A stretch of 64,000 nucleotides of DNA from Pseudomonadales bacterium. Lineage in GTDB: Bacteria > Pseudomonadota > Gammaproteobacteria > Pseudomonadales > Pseudohongiellaceae. Below, piece after piece: positions 34,204 to 44,119 of the stretch (position 1 is the first letter of the stretch; every line of letters starts with the position of its first letter). The stretch is taken from the NCBI GenBank assembly GCA_038134485.1, contig JAYPVG010000005.1, forward strand, positions 72,859 through 136,858, given 5' to 3'. The notes beneath the pieces are model-generated. The model was not told where the DNA came from, did no database searches, and saw only the letters and a list, made by a program, of their open reading frames with translations. Made by a program: the position numbers and the translations under genes.

Positions 34204-34451
34204 ATCTTTCTCTTTTATTACCCGTGTTACTGGCCTGCTACCAGAGCTTGTGGCCATGATTCCAGGATGGAATCACCGTGGAGTGTACTCTCAACAAGGG
34301 GCAGATGGAACTTAATTTTACTACGGACGACACAAATGTCCGATCAAATGCCGGTATTCCGTGACGAACTTGATCCCGTTTCGCGACAATTCATGATCGC
34401 CAGCACGGCAGGAAAGCGTTAATGGAGCAGAAATTAATGAAATAGAAGTGC

Positions 34452-35864
34452 TTATTTATCGAATATTTTCCCGGGGTTTAGCACTCCGTTGGGATCAAAC
34501 ACTTTTTTCACTGCCCGCATGTACTCAATCTCAGCCGAATCCCGGGATGAATGGAGAAAGGGCTTTTTCAACAAACCCACACCATGCTCCGCGGAAATAC
34601 TGCCGCCAAATTTTTGGACCAGTTGAAATACCTCTTTGCTGACCCTGGCGCAGCGAGACTGAAACTCCGCAAGCGCCAGGTCAGCCGGCTTGAGGATATT
34701 CAGGTGCACATTACCGTCCCCGATGTGACCAAACCAGATTATTTCAAAGTCCGGATAGCGGGCAGAGACGAGTTCATCCACCTGTGAGAGAAAATCCGGT
34801 ATTCGCGAAACCTTCACCGAGATGTCGTTCTTGTAGGGCGAAAATCGAGAGATGGTTTCCGAAATGTCCTCGCGAAGGCGCCAGAGGCTCTCCGCCTGAC
34901 CGACACTCTGGCTTATTGTGCCATCGACCACCCAGCCCGACTCTACGCAGCTCTCAAAAAGCTCCATGGATTTTTCAAGCCTGGCTTCACCATCGTTCTC
35001 GAACTCGATCAGGACATAAAAAGGTGCACGAGTCTCGAATGGTCGCTGCAGTCCTTTGTCCTGTATGACATGATTTAGTGCCTCATCGGAAAAAAACTCG
35101 AAGGCAGACAGCTGAAGCTGCTGCTGAAATAACTGCAGAACCTCCATGCTGGCGACCATATCGGTTACCGCGAAGAGCAGCACTGTGGGGTCCTCTGGCG
35201 GTCTCGTCAGCGCCAGGGTAACTTCGACTATGAGCCCCAGGGTTCCCTCCGAGCCGATAAACAGCTGTCTAAAATCGTATCCGGTCGCGTTCTTGACCAG
35301 TCCACGATTGAGGTCAAGGAGTTCGCCGCTGCCGGTAACCACCTTGAGTCCCATCACCCACTGCCGGGTCATGCCATAGCGAATGACCTTGATTCCACCG
35401 GCATTGGTGGCGACGTTACCACCTATCTGGCTGGAGCCAGACGAGGCAAAATCGACCGGGTAGAACAATCCCTGCTGCTCAGCAAATTGCTGTACTTGCT
35501 CTGTTACCACGCCCGGCTCACAAATCACATGCCGATCAACTGCATTGAAATCGAGAATCCGGTTCATGCGATCGAAGGCCACAACCACTTCCTGGTCACG
35601 GGCTACAGCGCCGCCACTGAGCCCGGTTCGACCGCCAGAGGGAACAAGGGCGAAACCGATCTCATTCGCCAGCCTGACGAGGGCAATGACCTGCTCGGTA
35701 TCCTGCGGTAAAACCACCGCTAACGGATCGGGCTGATAGGCACTGGTCCAGTCCTTTCCATACTGTTGCAGCGAGTCAGCGTCGGTCTTCAGACCGCCGT
35801 CACCGAACTGCGCAGCGAGGCGTTCCAGAATCATTGTTGCTCGATCTTCAGCAAGGTTTTCCAA
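34452..35864 (-). CDS. FAD-linked oxidase, probable D-2-hydroxyglutarate dehydrogenase
   Basis: 470 aa with an FAD_binding_4 pattern (VVLPQDTEQV..VPSGGRTG) and a C-terminal FAD-oxidase domain. It is divergent from serA, the arrangement reported for Pseudomonas D2HGDH. Confidence 0.7.
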   Translation of the reverse strand: MENLAEDRATMILERLAAQFGDGGLKTDADSLQQYGKDWTSAYQPDPLAVVLPQDTEQVIALVRLANEIGFALVPSGGRTGLSGGAVARDQEVVVAFDRMNRILDFNAVDRHVICEPGVVTEQVQQFAEQQGLFYPVDFASSGSSQIGGNVATNAGGIKVIRYGMTRQWVMGLKVVTGSGELLDLNRGLVKNATGYDFRQLFIGSEGTLGLIVEVTLALTRPPEDPTVLLFAVTDMVASMEVLQLFQQQLQLSAFEFFSDEALNHVIQDKGLQRPFETRAPFYVLIEFENDGEARLEKSMELFESCVESGWVVDGTISQSVGQAESLWRLREDISETISRFSPYKNDISVKVSRIPDFLSQVDELVSARYPDFEIIWFGHIGDGNVHLNILKPADLALAEFQSRCARVSKEVFQLVQKFGGSISAEHGVGLLKKPFLHSSRDSAEIEYMRAVKKVFDPNGVLNPGKIFDK

Positions 35865-36005
35865 AAGCGGTCGGTCCAGATAAGTCTGACAGCAGCAGAG
35901 CAGAGTGATTGAAAAAATTACCCGATGAGTATGTTACCATGCGCGTCCTCTGCGACCCATTGCCGTTGCGCTGCCCTTAACCCACTTTTTACTCCGGCTC
36001 AACTC

Positions 36006-37235
36006 ATGCAACAGACGTCTTTCGACAAGAACAAAATAAAGTTCCTGCTGCTGGAGGGCGTGCATCAGAGCGCCGTTGATACTCTTGCCAGGAGTGGCTA
36101 CGAAAATATCGAATGTTTGTCGGGAGCACTGCCAGAAAAAGAACTGAAGGAAAAAATCGCCGACGCTCACTTTGTCGGAATTCGCTCCCGAACCAACCTG
36201 TCGGCTGACATTCTTGCCGCAGCCCCAAAACTTCAGGCGGTGGGCTGTTTTTGCATAGGAACTAACCAGGTCGACCTGACCAGCGCTCTGGCACGGGGAA
36301 TCCCGGTATTCAATGCACCATTCTCCAATACCCGCAGCGTGGCGGAGCTTGTCATCGGGCAGTCTATTCTGTTGCTGCGGGGCATCCCGCAAAAGAACGC
36401 ACTCCTGCATCGGGGCAAATGGGAAAAAGCAGCCAGAGGCTCTTTCGAAACGCGAGGCAAGAAGCTGGGGATTGTCGGTTACGGTAATATAGGCTCGCAG
36501 CTGAGCGTTCTGGCTGAGTCTATGGGCATGAAGGTGTTCCTTTACGACATCATGACCAAGCTGCCTCTCGGGAATGCAACCCAGTTGGCCAGCCTGAAGG
36601 CATTGCTGCAATCCTGTGACGTAATCAGCCTGCACGTACCGGAGACACCCCGGACACGCAACATGATCGGTGCCACGGAGCTGGCCTGGATGAAACCAGG
36701 CGGAATCCTGATCAACGCCTCCCGGGGCAGCGTCGTGGACCTGGATGCCCTGGCCGCAGCGCTGGGATCAGGAAGAGTGGGGGGCGCCGCCATCGATGTT
36801 TTCCCCAGAGAACCCGGGTCCAACGACGAGCCGTTTGATTCGCCCCTCATTGGCTATGACAACTGTCTGCTGACGCCCCATATCGGCGGCAGCACTATGG
36901 AAGCGCAGGAGAATATCGGCATTGAAGTGGCTGAGAAGCTGGTTACCTACAGCGACAACGGCTCAACCTTTACCGCCGTCAATTTTCCCGAAGTGGCGCT
37001 GCCCGCACATCCCGGCAAGCACAGGCTTCTGCACATCCACAATAACGTGCCCGGCATCATGTCCGAAATTAACACTATCTTCTCGGAGACCGGCATCAAT
37101 ATCAGTTCCCAGTACCTGCAGACCAACGCCCAGGTAGGTTATGTAGTGATGGATATAGACGTGCAATACAGCCAGGTCGCGCTGGAAAAGCTCAACAGTA
37201 TCGCGGGTACCATCAAGTGTCGGGTGCTTTTCTGA
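36006..37235 (+). CDS. serA: D-3-phosphoglycerate dehydrogenase (409 aa, with ACT domain)
   Basis: Trimmed to the ATG at 36006 (MQQTSFDKNKIKFLLLEG). The NAD motif GIVGYGNIG is present and the catalytic His lies in LTPHIGGST. Confidence 0.92.
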   Translation: MQQTSFDKNKIKFLLLEGVHQSAVDTLARSGYENIECLSGALPEKELKEKIADAHFVGIRSRTNLSADILAAAPKLQAVGCFCIGTNQVDLTSALARGIPVFNAPFSNTRSVAELVIGQSILLLRGIPQKNALLHRGKWEKAARGSFETRGKKLGIVGYGNIGSQLSVLAESMGMKVFLYDIMTKLPLGNATQLASLKALLQSCDVISLHVPETPRTRNMIGATELAWMKPGGILINASRGSVVDLDALAAALGSGRVGGAAIDVFPREPGSNDEPFDSPLIGYDNCLLTPHIGGSTMEAQENIGIEVAEKLVTYSDNGSTFTAVNFPEVALPAHPGKHRLLHIHNNVPGIMSEINTIFSETGINISSQYLQTNAQVGYVVMDIDVQYSQVALEKLNSIAGTIKCRVLF

Positions 37236-37466
37236 CCTTTGTGCTGTCGGTTGGACCTAATACGGGTTTCCCATCGATTTGTTGGGGGACCGCCTGTGAG
37301 TTGCCGATTTGATCAATACTTTTTGCTACAAAATGTCACACTTGCCAACTGGCTAATGAGCCTGAAGTTACTGGACATGCGCTGGTTTCAGAGATACCTT
37401 TGGCGGTTCAAGTTTGCAATTTGTTGTTGTTTCACTAATAAAAGTAACCCGTACGGGAGTTAGAAC

Positions 37467-38639
37467 ATGATTAGAAAGTCTCTTTTCACCCTGACAATAG
37501 CGGTCACGATGATTTTTGTCGCGCGTCCCGCTGAGGTCAACGCTCAGGCAATGGAGTCGGCTGAGCCGTTCAAGGTCGGCACATTCGCTATCGATGACGT
37601 GCCAACCGTCGGATTGGTGATGCGTGGCGACCAGCTGATCGTCGAGCTGGATGCTGCCAATCGCGCCATGGAGCTGGTTCCACGCTACAGCAAGATGGCA
37701 ATGCCTGCTGATATGCTGGGGCTCATTGAACAGTATGAATACGGCCTCAAGTACCGCGTCTACGAACTCGTCAACTGGATGGTTGACGAAGGCTTGCTAG
37801 ACAGCGGTAACCGACCTGACTGGGTGCACCCGGTAAGCTCGGTGGACATCATGGCTCCGATTCTGTACCCAAGCAAGATCATGAACGCAGCTGTGAACTT
37901 CTACACTCACGCCTGTGAGGGCTGCACCGAAGAGCAACTGGCTGCCCGCACCCGCGAACGGCAGGAGAACCGTGGCGTTCCTTACCTGTTCCTGAAGCCA
38001 ACCCGTGGCGCTGTCATTGGTGACGGTGACGACATCCTTATGCCCTACGGTCGTGACGAAATCGAATACGAAGTCGAAATGGCCATCGTATTTGGCAAGG
38101 CCGGCAAATACGTCGCCGCCAGCGATGCCTATGACTACGTCTTTGGGTACATGGTAGCGATGGACGTATCAGACCGCGGCGGACGTCCGCCGGGCGGATA
38201 CGGTAATGGCCGCAGCGTTTCCGACTGGTTCGTTGGCAAGGGCCACGACACCTTCGCACCCCATGGGCCCTGGATTGTGCCCAAGGAGTTCTACGGTGAT
38301 CCGATGGAGCGCCTGTTGCAAACCACTGTTGTAGACGGCGTAACGGTTCAGGAAGCTCGGGCTGGTGACATGATTCACAATATCCCCGAACTGATCGAAT
38401 ACGCTTCCTCACTGATCACCATCTTCCCGGGTGACGTCATGCAGAGTGGCACCTCGGGTGGAACTGGCGCAGGACGAGTTGAGCGAGCTACCGGCTCTGG
38501 TTACCTGGTCGATGGCGAAACCATTCAGGCCAGCATTGAGGGCATCGGAACTCTGACCCACCGAGTGGTCAGAGAAACAAGCATTCCTGACAATCTGTCC
38601 GGTGCGCAATTACCGCCGACTTCCTCGTACAGGAATTGA
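37467..38639 (+). CDS. Fumarylacetoacetate hydrolase (FAH) family protein with a predicted N-terminal signal peptide
   Basis: MIRKSLFTLTIAVTMIFVARPAEVNA-QA looks like a Sec signal ending in an AxA-like site. The C-terminal half carries the FAH pattern (PYLFLKPTRGAVIG, EVEMAIVFGK, GYMVAMDVSDR). A GGGAG Shine-Dalgarno sequence precedes the ATG. Confidence 0.75.
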   Translation: MIRKSLFTLTIAVTMIFVARPAEVNAQAMESAEPFKVGTFAIDDVPTVGLVMRGDQLIVELDAANRAMELVPRYSKMAMPADMLGLIEQYEYGLKYRVYELVNWMVDEGLLDSGNRPDWVHPVSSVDIMAPILYPSKIMNAAVNFYTHACEGCTEEQLAARTRERQENRGVPYLFLKPTRGAVIGDGDDILMPYGRDEIEYEVEMAIVFGKAGKYVAASDAYDYVFGYMVAMDVSDRGGRPPGGYGNGRSVSDWFVGKGHDTFAPHGPWIVPKEFYGDPMERLLQTTVVDGVTVQEARAGDMIHNIPELIEYASSLITIFPGDVMQSGTSGGTGAGRVERATGSGYLVDGETIQASIEGIGTLTHRVVRETSIPDNLSGAQLPPTSSYRN

Positions 38640-38676
38640 CCGGCTGCAGCTGAAAGGCTGCCCCGTAATCCAAAAA

Positions 38677-38710
38677 CGCCGATCGGATAATCCGGTCGGC
38701 GTTTTTTTTT
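38677..38710 (+). terminator. Rho-independent terminator after the FAH gene (hairpin usable in both directions)
   Basis: CGCCGATCGGA-TAA-TCCGGTCGGCG is followed by T9 on the plus strand. An A5 run precedes it, giving a U-tract on the minus strand too. Confidence 0.85.
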
Positions 38711-38969
38711 GCTGCAGCATAAAGGCTCAAGAATAGCACCCGGGGTAAGATGTCTCTCCATAGGCCGCGAAGCTATCACTTTAGCCAGCATCGCAACCCG
38801 GAACAGACCGTTTGAGTCCAATCGGAATTCCAGTTGCGTGCCCAAGTTTGTCGTCAGTTCATAAAATCTGTCCCAGCTAATCGGTACATGCAATAATTCC
38901 GGACACGTCGCGACATGCGAACCAGTAATATTTTCTATCCCTTAGCGTTGATAGCGCCGGAAGCGAATC

Positions 38970-40418
38970 ATGCAGATCAGGACCCACGGAACCCGGGCCG
39001 CGGCCAGAAACCGAAAAGTAATTGGTTACCTGGACCTGGATTGCGCGCCAGTGGGTACTCCAAACAGCACCGCACGCGATGGTCTACTTGACGATTGCCG
39101 GCCCGGTATTTTCCGCAATCTGGTTCGCTATTTGCGCTCATGGTTCGCTCTGTTGCTGCTGAGCGCTCCCGCATTTGGCGCCGAAGCACTGCTGGGGCCG
39201 CAAGTAGAGCCTGATTACCTTGAAGAAGCAGCCAGTCTCAGAGCCTTACCGCAGGTGCAGGCTGCGATGGACCATATTCTGGAGCTGGAGCCGCAATCGC
39301 TGGCAGATCTTATCGAGCTGACCGAAATACCTGCTCCCCCGTTCGGTGAGCAGCAGCGAGCGGCGAGGTTCGCAGAGATGTTGCGCGAAGCCGGTCTGAC
39401 CGACGTGGTGATAGATGAAGTCGGGAACGCCATCGGTCGACGCCCCGGCAGTGTCGGCAATCGGGTCATTGGTTATTCGGCCCACCTCGACACCGTGTTT
39501 CCCGAGGAGACCGATGTCACTGTCAGATTTGAAGGAAACCGTCTGCTGGCTCCCGGAATCGGCGATAACTCGCGTGGACTTGTTTCGGTGATAACAGCCC
39601 TGCGGGCGCTGCAACATGCCGGCATCCAGACGGAAGCCGATCTGCTTTTCATAGGCAATGTTGGCGAGGAAGGATTGGGTGATCTGCGCGGGATCAAACA
39701 TCTGTTCCGGGAGGGAGCGCCTGCCATTGACAGCCTTATCGTGGTAGATGGTGGCGATACCAGTCGCATCGTCTACGGCGGAGTCGGTTCGTACCGCTAC
39801 CGGGTCACTTTTGAGGGACCGGGCGGACATTCCTGGGGCGCCTTCGGGATGGCCAACCCACATCATGCGATCGGTCGGGCCATCGCGCTATTCGACGAGG
39901 CCGCTGCCCTCGTAACAAGCGAAGGGGCAAGAACAAGCTACAACATCGGTCGCATCGGAGGTGGTACCTCAATCAATGCAATTCCATTCGAATCGTGGAT
40001 GGAAGTGGACATGCGATCGGGTGATACCTCCAAACTGGATGAAATCGATGGCGTTTTTCATAATGCCATGCAGATAGCACTGGAACAGGAAAATTCGGGG
40101 CGGCAGGAAGGACCAGAGCTCACGCTTTCCGTCGACCGGGTAGGGACACGCCCGGCTGCGCTTGGCGATCCGTCCAGTCCGTTGCTTCAGCGAGCCATGG
40201 CGGTAACCTTGGAATTCGGTACTGAGCCGGAATTGAGGATTTCCTCAACCGACGCCAATTTACCCATTTCCCTGGGTATTCCGGCAGTCACCATCAGTCG
40301 CGGCGGTCGCGGCGGCAACGCCCATTCGCCGGATGAATGGTGGGAAAACGAAGACGGTCATATCGGCATCCAGATTGGCCTGTTGACGCTACTCATGGAG
40401 GCCGGGCTGGCTGATTGA
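38970..40418 (+). CDS. M20-family metallopeptidase (carboxypeptidase/dipeptidase type), probably exported
   Basis: The M20 pattern is present (HLDTVF, GDNSRG, NVGEEGLGDLRG, and a dimerisation insert). The true start is probably the TTG at 39132, which gives MRSWFALLLLSAPAFGAEA, a signal peptide. The first 54 track codons look non-coding. Confidence 0.78.
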   Translation: MQIRTHGTRAAARNRKVIGYLDLDCAPVGTPNSTARDGLLDDCRPGIFRNLVRYLRSWFALLLLSAPAFGAEALLGPQVEPDYLEEAASLRALPQVQAAMDHILELEPQSLADLIELTEIPAPPFGEQQRAARFAEMLREAGLTDVVIDEVGNAIGRRPGSVGNRVIGYSAHLDTVFPEETDVTVRFEGNRLLAPGIGDNSRGLVSVITALRALQHAGIQTEADLLFIGNVGEEGLGDLRGIKHLFREGAPAIDSLIVVDGGDTSRIVYGGVGSYRYRVTFEGPGGHSWGAFGMANPHHAIGRAIALFDEAAALVTSEGARTSYNIGRIGGGTSINAIPFESWMEVDMRSGDTSKLDEIDGVFHNAMQIALEQENSGRQEGPELTLSVDRVGTRPAALGDPSSPLLQRAMAVTLEFGTEPELRISSTDANLPISLGIPAVTISRGGRGGNAHSPDEWWENEDGHIGIQIGLLTLLMEAGLAD

Positions 40419-40461
40419 AATTCCCATGCCGATTGCTGTCCACGCATACCGAACAGCAGAA

Positions 40462-41985
40462 TCAGGGATTAGCGGCCGCCTTTCGGGTCAGGTCTTGCAG
40501 CACATCAATATATTGGACTTTCGTTCCAAAATCACAATGCCCGTGGTAAGGCAACCAGGTAAATTTTGCGTCGGCACCCGGTGACTCCATGACGCTGAAG
40601 GTATCTTCCAAAATTCGGAGGCCGTTAGTCAGGTAGTAGTCATCCATATCCCCCATCCAGAACTGCAGCTTGCCAGCCAGGCTCGGGCCAAGGCTGGTCC
40701 AGTTTTCGCGCAGATAGCTGTCCAGGTCCCAGGGTCGCCAGGCGTTCACTACAGCCCTGTCGATCAAACCCGTTTGCTGGTCCCACACCGGTATGGGATT
40801 ACCCTCAGCATCGGGCTGACCGTATACCGCGTTCCAGGTTCCCCACTGTTGCCCGGATGTGACGAAACTGCCGTTTCTGCCCATGGCGGCTTCCATGCGT
40901 ATCTCGTCGGCGATACTGAATATAGGGTCGCCATTGGTTTCGCGGGCACTCGGGCGAAGCATGCCTGCCTGACTGTAATACGCGTTGTCGTCCTCATAGA
41001 GATCGACCAGTTGAAAGGCTCTGAAACTCGGCGAATCAGGACTCAGTGAGTAAGCGCCGTTAAAGTAATCCGGATAAAAAATCTGCAGGGCCATCGACAC
41101 CCAGCCGCCCGTGGAACAGCCACTGACAAACCGCGCCGCCGGTCGATCATCCATTGGAAAGCGCCGCACCAGTTCGGGAAACAGTTCAGTAAAATTGGCA
41201 TCGGCGTAAGGGCCGGAAACAGCGCTATTGACCTGGTAGGAATCGCCGAAGGGAGATTCCCCGTCCAGAAAAACGATTACTGCCGGACGCGTCTGACGAT
41301 CGCGCCAGTAAGCCATGAACTCCTCGTCCTCAAGAAGTTCCAGGCTTCGACTGAAGCGGCCATTAAGCCCCGCCACATGAAACAGTACCGGGTAGCGCTC
41401 GTCCAATTGGGCCTCATACCGCGTCGGAAGCAAAACCGAAGCGCGCAGGTACATGTCGCGCTGGTAGAACCGGGAAAGCAGGTCGGAGCGCAATCGCACG
41501 AATTTGAGCAAATGGGTATCTTCAGGAAGGGTTTCGGGGGGGATCGATTCGGTGAGTTCCAAATGCAGGGACTGCACACTCGAATCAATCTCAACAGCCT
41601 GCGTGAGGGAATACAAATTGCCCGGTGAATTCAACTCGGAGAGCGCATCATTGAAATCAAACAAGGCCTGAACATGCCAGAGGCCATGATCCAGGTCCTC
41701 CAACTGTTGCAACGGGAAGCCGCTGGTCGGCTTGAACCGAATTTCGTCACCGGTCCAGTTAGCAAGTTGCGCTGCGAAAAACGGCGGCGCGAGGCGCGGA
41801 GCAGGTTCTTCTCCGATCAGAAAGCGCGGTTCAATTGCGTCATCACGGGAAAACACCACGAAGAGACGCCCGCTGTGGGCGGTTTGCGCCGGCGACATCG
41901 ATACCGATAGCTGCACCTGGGCGCCTGCTGCCTGACAGATTGCTACCAGCAGCAAGATTGCACTGCAGTAAACTGATGAACGCAT
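40462..41985 (-). CDS. Secreted esterase-D/enterochelin-esterase-like alpha/beta hydrolase
   Basis: Signal peptide MRSSVYCSAILLLVAICQAAGA. The nucleophile elbow GCSTGG sits in a putative-esterase-family context. 507 aa. Confidence 0.7.
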   Translation of the reverse strand: MRSSVYCSAILLLVAICQAAGAQVQLSVSMSPAQTAHSGRLFVVFSRDDAIEPRFLIGEEPAPRLAPPFFAAQLANWTGDEIRFKPTSGFPLQQLEDLDHGLWHVQALFDFNDALSELNSPGNLYSLTQAVEIDSSVQSLHLELTESIPPETLPEDTHLLKFVRLRSDLLSRFYQRDMYLRASVLLPTRYEAQLDERYPVLFHVAGLNGRFSRSLELLEDEEFMAYWRDRQTRPAVIVFLDGESPFGDSYQVNSAVSGPYADANFTELFPELVRRFPMDDRPAARFVSGCSTGGWVSMALQIFYPDYFNGAYSLSPDSPSFRAFQLVDLYEDDNAYYSQAGMLRPSARETNGDPIFSIADEIRMEAAMGRNGSFVTSGQQWGTWNAVYGQPDAEGNPIPVWDQQTGLIDRAVVNAWRPWDLDSYLRENWTSLGPSLAGKLQFWMGDMDDYYLTNGLRILEDTFSVMESPGADAKFTWLPYHGHCDFGTKVQYIDVLQDLTRKAAANP

Positions 41986-41990
41986 ATAAT

Positions 41991-42989
41991 TTACGATCCT
42001 TTTACTCCGCTTTCCTGAAGTATCTCATCCACCACCGCAAATATTTTGTCCCGATAGAACTTTGATTCATTCACCATATGATGCCGTGCGCCGTCTATGA
42101 GATAGGTTCTTGCGGACGGGAACTTTGCCGTGAGCGCGGGCAGGTTGTAAAGCCAGTCAACAGTAGTGTCCTCGGTGCCTTGTATGATGTGCATTGCAGC
42201 GCTGCAACTATCTGCGCTATCGAACGTCTCCAGATAATCCTTTAATGCACGAACCCAGTCGATCTGCAGGAACCGCGCCTGCAGAGGATCCTGTTCGAAT
42301 ATAAATTTTAGAAACTCTTCGTCATGGCTGTTGACTGCAAACTCTCGCTTGACCCGCGTAACGAACCAGCGCAATAAATGATACTTCCACAAGCCTGCGT
42401 TCCAGCCGGTCGGGCGAAGCAAAGGGGCCAGGAGCACTATTTTGTTCAGCTCGGCAGGGCGAAACCCGTCTCCCCTCAGCAGGCAATTGATAACTGCTGC
42501 AGCTCCGGTACTCTGAGCCAGCACATGCCAGGGACCCGCCACACCATTATTGCAGGCCACTGATAAGCAGTCGGTCAGCGCCTGGCTATAGTGATCAAAC
42601 GATTCGATAGCGGCGGGCTTGCCGGAGGACAAACCGTGGCCAGGCAAATCAAAGGCCAGCACCGATAAGCCCCTTGAAAGGCAGTGCTCGATCGCGTGGC
42701 GAAACAGACCCACGTGATCATAGTAGCCATGCAGAACCACTATGTTGGCGCGCCTGCGGTCTTCGGGTACCGCAAAATAATGGCAGGCCAGTCGATAGTC
42801 CAGACTGTCGAAGGTCCCGAGATAATGATTGATCGGCCAGGGAGTCTTCAGTCGATCCAGCCCGTAATGGGAAAGGTAGCAGCGTATCAGGTCAGTCTGT
42901 GCCGATCCGACATCGGGAATGGCAATGCTGAAATCAATTGCCGCCAGGCCTTCATTCAGCTGCTTTGCTGACGCGGCAGTGAACTCCAT
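41991..42989 (-). CDS. Alpha/beta hydrolase (lysophospholipase/monoacylglycerol-lipase-like)
   Basis: Carries VVLHGYYDH, FDLPGHGLS, the elbow variant AQSTG, and a C-terminal GARHHM histidine region. It lies 5 nt upstream of the esterase gene and 29 nt downstream of fba. Confidence 0.7.
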   Translation of the reverse strand: MEFTAASAKQLNEGLAAIDFSIAIPDVGSAQTDLIRCYLSHYGLDRLKTPWPINHYLGTFDSLDYRLACHYFAVPEDRRRANIVVLHGYYDHVGLFRHAIEHCLSRGLSVLAFDLPGHGLSSGKPAAIESFDHYSQALTDCLSVACNNGVAGPWHVLAQSTGAAAVINCLLRGDGFRPAELNKIVLLAPLLRPTGWNAGLWKYHLLRWFVTRVKREFAVNSHDEEFLKFIFEQDPLQARFLQIDWVRALKDYLETFDSADSCSAAMHIIQGTEDTTVDWLYNLPALTAKFPSARTYLIDGARHHMVNESKFYRDKIFAVVDEILQESGVKGS

Positions 42990-43018
42990 CTCGGTTACCA
43001 GCGGTTCCTGCCCGCTTG

Positions 43019-44068
43019 CTAGAGGCCGTCGGCATAGCGCTGGGACATTTCCTCCAGCGTGTATACTTTACCGATGCTGGAAATCTGGCCAGCGGTACCG
43101 AACGCTTCCAGCCTGGCCTTGACGATCGACTTCATTGCCGCAATGGTGGGCGTGAGGAATTTTCGCGGATCGAATTCCGAGGTGTTCTCGGCGAGAAATT
43201 TGCGCGCCGCACCGGTGGATGCGAGTCGCAAATCCGTATCGATGTTGACCTTGCGTACGCCATGCCGAATCCCTTCCTGAATTTCCTCTACCGGAACCCC
43301 GTAAGTTTCCGGAATCTCCCCGCCGAATTGGTTGATTACCGCCAGCCATTCCTGAGGCACCGAGGAAGACCCATGCATGACGAGGTGCGTGTTGGGAATT
43401 TTTTCGTGGATTTCCCTGATTCGATCGATCGCCAGGATATCGCCGGTTGGCGGGCGGCTGAACTTGTAGGCGCCATGGCTGGTGCCAACGGCGATTGCCA
43501 GTGCATCAACACCGGTGGCAGCGACAAAATCTGCTGCTTCCTGAGGATCGGTCAGCAACTGCGACATGGACAGCTGACCCTCGGCACCGATGCCGTCTTC
43601 CTCGCCTGCCATACCGGTTTCCAGAGATCCCAGGCAACCGATCTCGCCTTCCACTGACACGCCGCAGGCATGGGCCATCTGCACGGCCAAACTTGTCACC
43701 CGCACGTTGTAATCGAAGTCGGTTGGCGTTTTACCGTCTTCTCCTAGCGAACCGTCCATCATTACCGACGAGAATCCCAGTTGAATGGAGCGCTGGCAAA
43801 CCGCCGGAGAAACGCCGTGATCCTGATGCATAACGATCGGAATATGGGGAAACTCCTCGATGGCCGCCTGAATCAGATGCTTGAGGAAATTGGACCCGGC
43901 ATACTTCCTGGCGCCAGCTGAGGCCTGCAATATTACCGGGCTGTTGACCTCGTCAGCGCCTTCCATGATTGCCCGCACCTGTTCCAGGTTGTTGACATTG
44001 AACGCCGGGACACCGTAGTTATTCTCGGCAGCGTGGTCCAGAAGTTGTCGTAAACTGATTAATGCCAT
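43019..44068 (-). CDS. fba: Class II fructose-bisphosphate aldolase
   Basis: 349 aa, starting [27 protein letters not shown]. The HQDHG and GTSHGAYK motifs are present. Confidence 0.93.
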   Translation of the reverse strand: MALISLRQLLDHAAENNYGVPAFNVNNLEQVRAIMEGADEVNSPVILQASAGARKYAGSNFLKHLIQAAIEEFPHIPIVMHQDHGVSPAVCQRSIQLGFSSVMMDGSLGEDGKTPTDFDYNVRVTSLAVQMAHACGVSVEGEIGCLGSLETGMAGEEDGIGAEGQLSMSQLLTDPQEAADFVAATGVDALAIAVGTSHGAYKFSRPPTGDILAIDRIREIHEKIPNTHLVMHGSSSVPQEWLAVINQFGGEIPETYGVPVEEIQEGIRHGVRKVNIDTDLRLASTGAARKFLAENTSEFDPRKFLTPTIAAMKSIVKARLEAFGTAGQISSIGKVYTLEEMSQRYADGL

Positions 44069-44119
44069 GATGAACCCTCTGTAATTCTTGATCTCTCTGG
44101 CTTTTGCCTCTTTGACTGA

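Noticed and set aside
38525-38893. A 122-aa minus-strand ORF spanning the FAH 3' end and its terminator.
   Set aside because: It reads through a strong intrinsic terminator and overlaps the well-supported FAH gene. Only its first ~60 codons are discussed, as a possible PRTase remnant.
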